Shown piece by piece: positions 32,077-40,475 of a DNA stretch of 64,000 nt; the first letter of the stretch is position 1, and the number at the start of each line of letters is the position of its first letter. The stretch is from an uncultured Veillonellaceae bacterium (lineage in GTDB: Bacteria; Bacillota; Negativicutes; JARBTT01). The notes under the pieces were generated by a model, which ran no database searches, was not told the DNA's origin, and saw only the letters and a list, made by a program, of their open reading frames with translations. The DNA is taken from contig CAWDTA010000002.1 of NCBI GenBank assembly GCA_963805085.1, positions 1,536,001-1,600,000 on the forward strand, read 5' to 3'. Position numbers and translations under genes: made by a program.

Positions 32077-32955
32077 TTGATTAAAAATTTGATTTCAGTA
32101 AATGGAAATATTTTGCCTAAGGAAAAGGCGTTTATACTAGCAGATGATCGAGGTCTAATGTATGGTTGGGGAGTATTTGATACTATACGTCTGTATGAAG
32201 GAATCCCTTTTATGTTGGAGGAACATTTAAAACGTTTAGTTGCTTCGGCTGCCCAACTTCACATGCATATGGTTAATGATATGCATAATTTGATTCGGCA
32301 AATCGATACGTTTATAAAAAAGGCCGAAATCGTTAATGGTGTAATGAGGATAACGTTGACTCCAGGGGAAAACGGCGTTTTAAATACGATTATTACCAGC
32401 CGCAGTATTAATTATTCTATCGCTGATTACCAGAGGGGTTTTAGTTTGAAAACTTCTACAGTAAGGCGCAATCCTTATTCACCGCTAGCAAGTATTAAAA
32501 GCTTGAATTATCTTGATAATATTCTGGCAAAAGAAGAGGCGGTAAAAAGAGGATTCGATGAAGCTCTGCTATTGAACACTCAAGGATGGTTGAGTGAATG
32601 CAGCTGCAGTAACATTTTTTTTGTAAGAAATCAAAAACTGTTTACGCCATCGACGGACTGCGGTCTATTGGATGGTATTACAAGAAAAATGATAATCAAA
32701 CAGCTAGCTATTTCCTTAAATATGGAACTTTACTCAGGAAAATACCGACTGAAGGATTTATATGCTGCGGATGAAGTATTTATAACAAACTCAGTACTAC
32801 AGATAATGCCGGTTAAAAAAGTGAATGTTCGTATGATAGGTGGAGAAATCGTGGGAGAGGTTGTTCAAAAACTTATAAATGAATATAAAAACTTTGTGGA
32901 TTCATATCTAAAGAAATACAGTGTTGGAACTCGAAATATGCAACTATTATCGTAA
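32077..32955 (+). CDS. pabC: Aminotransferase class IV, 4-amino-4-deoxychorismate lyase
   Basis: DRGL.YG.G.F, KSLNY, E....NIF, LDGITR, ADEVF.TNS; directly follows pabBA. Confidence 0.8.
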   Translation: MIKNLISVNGNILPKEKAFILADDRGLMYGWGVFDTIRLYEGIPFMLEEHLKRLVASAAQLHMHMVNDMHNLIRQIDTFIKKAEIVNGVMRITLTPGENGVLNTIITSRSINYSIADYQRGFSLKTSTVRRNPYSPLASIKSLNYLDNILAKEEAVKRGFDEALLLNTQGWLSECSCSNIFFVRNQKLFTPSTDCGLLDGITRKMIIKQLAISLNMELYSGKYRLKDLYAADEVFITNSVLQIMPVKKVNVRMIGGEIVGEVVQKLINEYKNFVDSYLKKYSVGTRNMQLLS

Positions 32956-33202
32956 TGTGATAAAGTTGCTCGCGGGGAATGCTGATTTATAAGTTTAAGC
33001 CTACCTAAGACTCCCTAAACCCAACATGGAGTTTGTCAAACCACGGTTTTTTTACAGTTAATTTGTGATTATTACCTCTCAAAAATGCTGTATCCCTTGT
33101 AAAGATTCGACCTTCACTTGGTGATTTCCTATATTCTGTTTTTTTTGTCACGGATCCAGGTTAATCTTTAATTTATATGGATAAAAGAAAGGGGGATGTA
33201 TT

Positions 33203-33874
33203 ATGAGTAAAGCAGTAGTAGTATTTTCAGGAGGACAAGATTCAACGACTTGCCTTTATTGGAGTAAAAACAGATTTGACAGTATTATAGCAATAAGTTT
33301 TTTCTATGGTCAAAAACATTCTAGAGAATTGGAACAAGCAAAAAAAATAGCACAAATGGCAAATATAGAACATCATATTATTGATATTTCATTCTTTGGC
33401 GATATTGTCGATAGTGCCTTAACCCATAATGGAGATGTGACAAAATCACATAACAGGCTAAAAAACTTGCCGGCATCATTTGTTCCCAATAGAAATGCCA
33501 TGTTTTTAACAATAGCCCATGCTTTTGCACAAAAGATTGGAGCAGAGGCATTAGTTACTGGCGTTTGTCAAACAGATTTTTCGGGTTATCCAGATTGTAG
33601 AGATGAATTTATCAAGACTATTAATAAAGCCCTTAATATCGGCAGTGATACAAATTTAAAAATTATTACCCCGCTTATGTGGTTAAATAAAGCACAAACA
33701 TGGGATTTAGCAGAAAAAGAAGGATGTATTGATATTGTAAAAACATATTCTTACACTTGCTATAATGGTTCAGAGAAAATGAATGACTGGGGTTATGGTT
33801 GCGGCGAATGTCCGGCATGTAATCTAAGAAAGAAAGGCTGGGGCGAATATGTACAAAGTAAAAAAAAGAATTGA
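33203..33874 (+). CDS. queC: 7-cyano-7-deazaguanine (preQ0) synthase
   Basis: FSGGQDS PP-loop, VPNRN, YPDCR, TCY.G...GCGECPAC.LR. Confidence 0.95.
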   Translation: MSKAVVVFSGGQDSTTCLYWSKNRFDSIIAISFFYGQKHSRELEQAKKIAQMANIEHHIIDISFFGDIVDSALTHNGDVTKSHNRLKNLPASFVPNRNAMFLTIAHAFAQKIGAEALVTGVCQTDFSGYPDCRDEFIKTINKALNIGSDTNLKIITPLMWLNKAQTWDLAEKEGCIDIVKTYSYTCYNGSEKMNDWGYGCGECPACNLRKKGWGEYVQSKKKN

Positions 33875-34178
33875 GGTAGCTGGGAGCCATCACTTAAATT
33901 TAGACTATGCAAGCAAATGTTCTAATTTGCATGGTCATAATTGGATTATTGAAGTTTACTGCAAAAGTGAAACACTTAATTTAAATGGCATGGTTGTTGA
34001 TTTTACTGAAATAAAAAATGTTGTTATTCAATTAGATCATGCTAATGTAAATGATGTTCTAAAAGGTATTAATCCAACAGCCGAAAATATCGCAAAATGG
34101 ATATGCGATAATGTTCGGTATTGTTATAAAGTAACCGTGCAAGAAAGTGAAGGGAATGTAGCTTGTTATGAATTATAA
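33849..34178 (+). CDS. queD: 6-carboxytetrahydropterin synthase
   Basis: C..LHGHN, GMVVDF, LDH, PTAENIA. Confidence 0.92.
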   Translation: MYKVKKRIEVAGSHHLNLDYASKCSNLHGHNWIIEVYCKSETLNLNGMVVDFTEIKNVVIQLDHANVNDVLKGINPTAENIAKWICDNVRYCYKVTVQESEGNVACYEL

Positions 34179-34755
34179 TGTAAATGAAATATTTGAAAGT
34201 ATACAAGGAGAAGGATACAACACAGGAAAACGTGTCGTATTCATTCGTTTGTGCGGCTGCAATTTAAGGTGTCCTTGGTGCGATACAGATCACACAAAAC
34301 AAGTTAAAATAATGACAGAAAAAGAAATTATGCGAGAAATTGAACAATATAAGTCGGAGGCTGTTATTATTACGGGCGGTGAACCTACTGTTCAAAATTT
34401 AGGCGAATTGTTATTTAAACTTAAACAGCAGGAATATTGGGTAGGTATTGAAACCAATGGAACAAACGAAATAAGTCAATATAGTTGTTTTATTGATTAT
34501 ATTGCTGTATCGCCAAAAGCAAATTCAGCAATAAAAATTAAATTTGCTCATGAAATTCGAGTTGTAAATGATAATTTAACAATAAAAGACCTTAATTACT
34601 TTTCAAGCACATTTAAAGCCCAGCATTATTTTGTTAGCCCTTTAGAGCTTAATGAAAAAATGAATATAGCAGATTGTTTAAATTTAATTGCAGATACGGA
34701 GGCGCAGACATGGAAATTAAGCCTACAGACACACAAACTAGCGAATATCAGGTAG
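34168..34755 (+). CDS. queE: 7-carboxy-7-deazaguanine synthase (radical SAM)
   Basis: EIF.SIQGEG, GCNLRCPWCDT, TGGEP, ETNG, SLQTHK. Confidence 0.93.
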   Translation: MNYNVNEIFESIQGEGYNTGKRVVFIRLCGCNLRCPWCDTDHTKQVKIMTEKEIMREIEQYKSEAVIITGGEPTVQNLGELLFKLKQQEYWVGIETNGTNEISQYSCFIDYIAVSPKANSAIKIKFAHEIRVVNDNLTIKDLNYFSSTFKAQHYFVSPLELNEKMNIADCLNLIADTEAQTWKLSLQTHKLANIR

Positions 34756-35318
34756 AAAATGCGGTTCGAGATATATTACTATACATTGGCGAAAACCCTG
34801 ATAGAGAAGGGCTAAAAGAGACGCCAAAACGTTTTCTTAAAATGCTTAAAGAATTAACACAAGCAGTAAGGTTAAGTAATAAACAGATTGCAGATATGTT
34901 TAATAAAACTTTCCAAGATGATTTAGCTATAGAAACCGGAAATTCTAACGACATAGTATTAGTACAAAATATTCCGTGTTTTAGCTTATGTGAGCATCAT
35001 ATAGCCCTTATGTATAATATGCAAATTAGTGTTGCTTATCTTCCTACAAATAGGGTTATTGGCTTATCTAAAATAAGTCGCATTGCTGATATGGTTTGTA
35101 AGAGGCTACAACTCCAAGAAAGAATATGTACAGATATTGCAGATATTATAAAACTAGTAACAAACAGTGAGGATGTTGCTGTATTTATTTCTGCAGAGCA
35201 CTCTTGCGTAACCGCAAGAGGTATAAAAAAGAAATCTATTACAAAAACAAATGTTATGCGCGGCAAATTTAAAACAGATAAGGATTTAAAAAGTCAGCTT
35301 TTATTAATGTTAAAGTAA
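34710..35318 (+). CDS. folE: GTP cyclohydrolase I
   Basis: GENPDREGL.ETPKR, SLCEHH, GLSKI.R, RLQLQE, HSC...RG; GGAGG RBS before the ATG at 34710, overlapping queE. Confidence 0.93.
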   Translation: MEIKPTDTQTSEYQVENAVRDILLYIGENPDREGLKETPKRFLKMLKELTQAVRLSNKQIADMFNKTFQDDLAIETGNSNDIVLVQNIPCFSLCEHHIALMYNMQISVAYLPTNRVIGLSKISRIADMVCKRLQLQERICTDIADIIKLVTNSEDVAVFISAEHSCVTARGIKKKSITKTNVMRGKFKTDKDLKSQLLLMLK

Positions 35319-35436
35319 AACATTTGTAAATTGATATTAAGAAAAATATTAATCACAGCAATTTATTAAAAATACATCCTACTTTCGTGACTTATTAAAA
35401 TTATGGGTAATTAAACTATTGAAGGGATGTCTTGTT

Positions 35437-37437
35437 ATGATGAAAAAAAGGTTTTTTATGCTTATTGTTTTTGTTGTTTGCTTTATTTGTAGCTTTGAAG
35501 CCCATGGATTTACTAGCAACACGGAAGCAAATGATTATTATGATATTGCAATTAATAATGTAACTGTTGTTGATGTAGAAAACAAAAATGTTACGAATAA
35601 TAATCAGATTTTAATCAAAGGAAAAATAATTGATTATATCGGAGTGCCAAAACAAGTTAATAGCAAAAATATCGTAGATGGCAAAAACCTTATTGCTCTT
35701 CCGGGTTTTGTTAACACTCACACGCATCTTTGGCAACATGTCGGCAAAGGGTTTTATCCAGACGGCAATCTTCAGGAATGGGTTCAACTCTATCGCTATG
35801 CGCCTTATTTTACCGAACAAGAATTGTATGAGACTACTTTGGCGGCACTTAGTCAAGGACTGAGCTCTGGAATCACTACAGTGGCGGATTTTGCCTCAGT
35901 TAATTATAATGATTTTGCATTAGATTCAACCATGAAAGCCCTAAAAACAGCTAATGTTGATGGCGCGTTAATCTGGTGGAATCCTGCTGCTTTTCTTCCG
36001 TATTCTTATAAGAAAGATGAAATCAACCGTTTGCAGGCAAACGGAAATCCTTCCATTTCAATTTGGATGGGATATGGTCCCTTGTCCTTTTTTGATTTAC
36101 CGACTGTGTATGATGGTATATGTTTATCCAAAGATTTAAATTTGCGAACTGCTGAACATACTATGGAAAATATTCAAGAACAACGTGATTTATTTACTAA
36201 ATTTGAAAATTATTTTTCGACATATAAAGATAAGTTATCAGAGGCTGATCGAAATTTTATTCAAGCTCAGCTTGCTTTAGGAGCGCCCGGAAAGGTTGAC
36301 GGGGTCATCAATCTATACCGTTTGGCAGATGAACTATTGAAAATAGATCAAGCTTACCCTAAATTAACTGATACCGAACGGTTACAACTTCAGCAGCTAA
36401 AAGAACAAACTACTATTTCCCCGGTACCGATTCTTGACTATTTGGGTGGTTTGGACAATTTTTTATCTATTCATAGTGTATGGCTAAATAACGATGATAT
36501 TGCATATTACAAAAAACATAATATCTTTGTAGCGCATAATCCAGAATCCAACATGTATCTTTCGTCAGGAATCGCTCCTATTTTAAACTATGAATCGGCC
36601 AATGTCACAATTGGAACAGATGGTGCAGCAAGTAATGATAGGATTGATTTCTTTTCTGCAATGCGTGCAACATGGAATTTACAAAAGTTACGTTATCTTG
36701 ACACATCTGTCACCAGTCAATACAACGCGTGGAATGTATTGGCTTCGGCTACAATAAATGGAGCTAATGCCTTGGGGATCGGTTCTCAAACTGGTTCATT
36801 GACGCCAGGGAAAGAAGCAGATATCGTTCTACTTTCAAAAAATAAGCTTGGTATGTCGCCGGAAGTACAGACTAAAGATATCGATAACATTGCTTCATTG
36901 ATTGTTTATGGTGGAGGAGTTGAAGATGTTGATACGGTATTATCAAATGGAAAAATTTTGGTTCGTGGAGGGAATTTACAGGCACCTCTTTCTGAGGAAT
37001 ACCTTTCCAAAAGGCTGTCTGAGATATCTAATAATTTGGTTTCTAGGTATGATCAAGGGAAGATATGGGAAGAAGCCTATAATCTAAACTTATCTCCACA
37101 AGAGAAGTGGTATAAATATCGTTCAGTCAGAATAAAAGATACGATTCAACTGAAAATTGTTAATACAAGTAAAAATAATCCGATCTCCATTACAGCTGCG
37201 GCATCTGGTACTTCCTTTGGCGGAGCAGTTGGTAGTATGTTTGGACCGAAAACGCGAGCGCGGTTTCCATTTCAAGATCCCAAAAAATTCTGGACTGTTT
37301 CTTATAAGCTTGAGCCCGGAGAAGCTCTAACTATTCAAAAAATGAAAGATAATGCTGATTACACTATTGAGTACAAAGGAATAAGTAAAACATTTCAAGG
37401 TGCATCAAGTCATGAGTTATTGCTAATGAACGAGTAG
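35437..37437 (+). CDS. Exported amidohydrolase-superfamily deaminase with C-terminal extension
   Basis: N-terminal signal peptide, PGFVNTHTH, H..E, HNP.SN, GTDG..SN, GSL.PGK.AD. Confidence 0.8.
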   Translation: MMKKRFFMLIVFVVCFICSFEAHGFTSNTEANDYYDIAINNVTVVDVENKNVTNNNQILIKGKIIDYIGVPKQVNSKNIVDGKNLIALPGFVNTHTHLWQHVGKGFYPDGNLQEWVQLYRYAPYFTEQELYETTLAALSQGLSSGITTVADFASVNYNDFALDSTMKALKTANVDGALIWWNPAAFLPYSYKKDEINRLQANGNPSISIWMGYGPLSFFDLPTVYDGICLSKDLNLRTAEHTMENIQEQRDLFTKFENYFSTYKDKLSEADRNFIQAQLALGAPGKVDGVINLYRLADELLKIDQAYPKLTDTERLQLQQLKEQTTISPVPILDYLGGLDNFLSIHSVWLNNDDIAYYKKHNIFVAHNPESNMYLSSGIAPILNYESANVTIGTDGAASNDRIDFFSAMRATWNLQKLRYLDTSVTSQYNAWNVLASATINGANALGIGSQTGSLTPGKEADIVLLSKNKLGMSPEVQTKDIDNIASLIVYGGGVEDVDTVLSNGKILVRGGNLQAPLSEEYLSKRLSEISNNLVSRYDQGKIWEEAYNLNLSPQEKWYKYRSVRIKDTIQLKIVNTSKNNPISITAAASGTSFGGAVGSMFGPKTRARFPFQDPKKFWTVSYKLEPGEALTIQKMKDNADYTIEYKGISKTFQGASSHELLLMNE

Positions 37438-37530
37438 AGGATAGATCACATTCTCAATCAAAAAATTTCAATTTTAACAGAGAAATATATAATTTATTTC
37501 CAACACTTAAAATTCAGAAGGAGAGTTACT

Positions 37531-38334
37531 ATGAAAATAAATGTTCCAAAAATATTAGGCATTGTAAATATTACTGAGGACAGCTTTTCTGATGGTGGAG
37601 CTTATCTCGATACGAACAAAGCTATTGAAAGATCTCTTATGCTTATGAAGAATGGTGCAGATATCATCGATCTGGGGGCTGCTTCCAGTAATCCGTTAAC
37701 AAAGGAAGTAAAACCGCGAGAAGAAATTAACCGTTTAAAACCTGTTATTGACTCTTTGTTATCGCAAAATATTCCAATATCGATAGACACATTTAAACCC
37801 GAAGTTCAGAAATATTGTCTGCAGAATAAAGTTCATTACTTAAATGATATTCAAGGGTTTCCTCATACTGAAATTTATTCTGATTTAGCAGAATCCAACT
37901 GTAAACTTATTATAATGCATTCCGTCCAGCGTATGGGGCCGGCTACAATTGTTACAACCGAACCTGAAGAAGTATTCCAGAAAATGGTCAGTTTTTTCAA
38001 CCAACGTATCAAATCGCTTCAAGACGCAGGTGTTTCACTAGAACAAATGATTTTGGATCCAGGAATGGGATTTTTCTTGGGATCCAATCCGGAATCTTCA
38101 ATCTACGTTTTGAAAAATATCAAGCGATTAAAGAAATGTTTTAATTTACCAATTCTTGTTTCTGTTTCTCGAAAATCCTTTTTAGGAAATATCACAGGAC
38201 GCCAAGTTAATGAACGAGGGGCTGGCACTTTAGCGACTGAAATTTATTTGAGTTATATGGGCGTAGATTATATTCGCACCCATGATGTACGTTCTTTGCA
38301 CGATGCACTACAAGTGCTTAGTGCATTAGTTTGA
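37531..38334 (+). CDS. Sul-type dihydropteroate synthase (Sul3-like)
   Basis: GIVNIT.DSFSDGG, DLGAASSNP, NDIQGFP, MHSVQR.G.AT, DPGMGFFLGSNPE (Sul-specific insertion), SRKSF, RTHD. Confidence 0.9.
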   Translation: MKINVPKILGIVNITEDSFSDGGAYLDTNKAIERSLMLMKNGADIIDLGAASSNPLTKEVKPREEINRLKPVIDSLLSQNIPISIDTFKPEVQKYCLQNKVHYLNDIQGFPHTEIYSDLAESNCKLIIMHSVQRMGPATIVTTEPEEVFQKMVSFFNQRIKSLQDAGVSLEQMILDPGMGFFLGSNPESSIYVLKNIKRLKKCFNLPILVSVSRKSFLGNITGRQVNERGAGTLATEIYLSYMGVDYIRTHDVRSLHDALQVLSALV

Positions 38335-38346
38335 CTCGATTGGAGT

Positions 38347-38409
38347 AATCTGTCATTACCGCAAATATATAATGATATATTTGCGGTAATGACAGATTTG
38401 CGGTAATGA
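38347..38409. repeat. Perfect 24-bp inverted repeat plus a partial third arm
   Basis: AATCTGTCATTACCGCAAATATAT-AATG-ATATATTTGCGGTAATGACAGATT; ATTTGCGGTAATGA is then repeated directly. Confidence 0.9.
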
Positions 38410-38654
38410 ATTTTAACTGATAATTCCAGTGTGAAATTCAACTTCTACATTAAAAAGCTGTGATAACATGTACAAATATACTGATATGTCGCACAAGTGT
38501 TATTTAGTATACGGATACTGTAATGAAGTAATATCCCACGGAAAATAGTTTTTTGCTGTGGAATCTTTCATCAAATTACAAACCTAATGGCACATATTAA
38601 TTAGACATAAATTGATTATTGACCTTAAGTACAAGCGAAAAAGAGGTAAGTAAG

Positions 38655-39371
38655 ATGGAAAAAATTAAACTATTCTGTATTCCTCATGCGGGAGGTACAT
38701 CTTCGGCATACAATAAATGGAAACCATATCTACATGATTTCATAGAATTGGTTTCTGTGGAATTGGCGGGAAGGGGAAAACGGCATATGGACCCGCTTTC
38801 GAAGAGTATTCAGGAGACCGCTGAGGACGTTTACTCGATTGTTGAAGATGAACTTAACGATATGCCGTATGCTATTTATGGGCATAGCATGGGGAGTTTA
38901 ATTGCCTATGAATTATATTTAAAAATTAATGGATCAAATTGGAATAAACCATTTCATATGTTTTTTTCTGGTCGCGGAGCTCCTCATACAAGACGTAAAA
39001 ATTTATACTATGATCTTCCTGAACAAGATTTTAAAAGGGAAATAACAAAAATTGGGGGAATTCCAGAAATAGTTTTTGAAAATTCGCTAATGTATAATTA
39101 TTTTATTCCAGTGTTAAAATCCGATATGAAAAATGATGACACTTATAAGTGTGAAAAAAGAGATAAAGTAGGTTGCGGTATATCTGTGTTAAACGGTACG
39201 TTGGATAATACTGTTCTAGAAAATGATGCGCTTGCTTGGAGAGAATACTCTACCGAATGTAATTTTTATAAAGTTTCAGGTAGTCACTTTTTTCTTAATG
39301 AAAATCCTGCTGATGTTGTTAATATTATCAATACGACATTAATGAATTGTATAACAAAGAAGACTACTTAG
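38655..39371 (+). CDS. Type II thioesterase (GrsT/SrfAD-like)
   Basis: LFCIPHAGG, ELAGRG.R, GHSMG, G.HFFL. Confidence 0.93.
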   Translation: MEKIKLFCIPHAGGTSSAYNKWKPYLHDFIELVSVELAGRGKRHMDPLSKSIQETAEDVYSIVEDELNDMPYAIYGHSMGSLIAYELYLKINGSNWNKPFHMFFSGRGAPHTRRKNLYYDLPEQDFKREITKIGGIPEIVFENSLMYNYFIPVLKSDMKNDDTYKCEKRDKVGCGISVLNGTLDNTVLENDALAWREYSTECNFYKVSGSHFFLNENPADVVNIINTTLMNCITKKTT

Positions 39372-39393
39372 ATTTGGAAAGATGATAAGAAAA

Positions 39394-39975
39394 TTACAAG
39401 CTATCAATATCTACAGCATATTCAATTTTTTCCGCCACTTCTTTTGCTAGATCGCTGCCGAAGAGAATTTTAAGGAGATAGAAACCTAGCTCTAGGCCGG
39501 AGGTGACACCCGCGGCGGTGATGATATTCCCATCTTGGACAACTTTTGTTTGCTTGATTGCAATTGCTTGATAAGTTTTTAGTTCTTCTAGTGCCGTGTG
39601 ATACGTAGTCGCTTTTTTTCCTTCGAGTAAACCAGCAGTGGCTAAGATGAAGGCACCGGTACAAACGGAGGTAGTATATTGTGTGTGTTTGGATTGATTC
39701 AGCACAAATTTTCTGATCTTTGGATTGTGCATAGCCTCGAAACGTCCCTTGCCACCAGGTACAACTAAAATATCTAAAGCGGGGCAAGTGTCAAAAGAAT
39801 GCTCAGGGACAATCTTCATTCCGTTAAATGCTTGGATAATGTCCAAGTTCTCAGCCACAAGAAAAACTTGGGTACTATTTGGCTGAAGCTTGTTGATATA
39901 GCTTAATACTTCAAAGGGGCCTACAAAGTCCATTTCTTCAACTTGCGGAAAAATAAGAACGCCTATTTTTATCAT
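39394..39975 (-). CDS. DJ-1/PfpI family protein, copy B
   Basis: Same 582-bp length and near-identical sequence to 25499-26080. Confidence 0.9.
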   Translation of the reverse strand: MIKIGVLIFPQVEEMDFVGPFEVLSYINKLQPNSTQVFLVAENLDIIQAFNGMKIVPEHSFDTCPALDILVVPGGKGRFEAMHNPKIRKFVLNQSKHTQYTTSVCTGAFILATAGLLEGKKATTYHTALEELKTYQAIAIKQTKVVQDGNIITAAGVTSGLELGFYLLKILFGSDLAKEVAEKIEYAVDIDSL

Positions 39976-40053
39976 GATAATCTCCTTTGTGTTTAGTACT
40001 AGTTCGAGCTTAGAAAATATATTCCTCTGCAATTAGGGGGATTTAAAATTAGT

Positions 40054-40464
40054 TTAGGAATGGTCAGTAATTTTTTTACACAGCTGTACAAAACAATCAA
40101 GTTCTTTTTCTGTTAACGTGTTTTCAATTAAATCCATGATTTCATTTCTGAACTTCTCTGATCTTAATAAAAAATCCTTACCATCGGTAGTAATCAAGAT
40201 GTCATAAGTTCTCCTGTCATTTTCTCGCCGTTCTTGTATGATGTATTTTTTTTCTAAAAGCCTTTTGGTTAGTTTAGACATTCCCGCTTGAGAAATTCCA
40301 CGAATTTCTGCTAATTCCTTGGTGGTTTTAGAACCTTGTTTATCTAAAATGTCCAATACATTATACTGTGCTGTTGTCACCCCATCAATATTAAAGCGAT
40401 TAATATTACTAATAATCATACATTGAAAAGGTATATAGTAATCTTCTAATTCTTTTTTTGCCAT
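40054..40464 (-). CDS. MarR family regulator
   Basis: T.AQY.VL, ELA, L..K.YI......DRR...I..T..G. Confidence 0.9.
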   Translation of the reverse strand: MAKKELEDYYIPFQCMIISNINRFNIDGVTTAQYNVLDILDKQGSKTTKELAEIRGISQAGMSKLTKRLLEKKYIIQERRENDRRTYDILITTDGKDFLLRSEKFRNEIMDLIENTLTEKELDCFVQLCKKITDHS

Positions 40465-40475
40465 AGGTATTCTCC

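Noticed and set aside
33010-33165. Possible IS end remnant upstream of queC
   Set aside because: No partner inverted repeat or transposase fragment could be identified by eye.
33203-35318. Dpd-type DNA modification/defence system
   Set aside because: There is no dpdA/tgt-like or other dpd gene in the window, and the neighbours are small-molecule biosynthetic genes. It cannot be excluded genome-wide.
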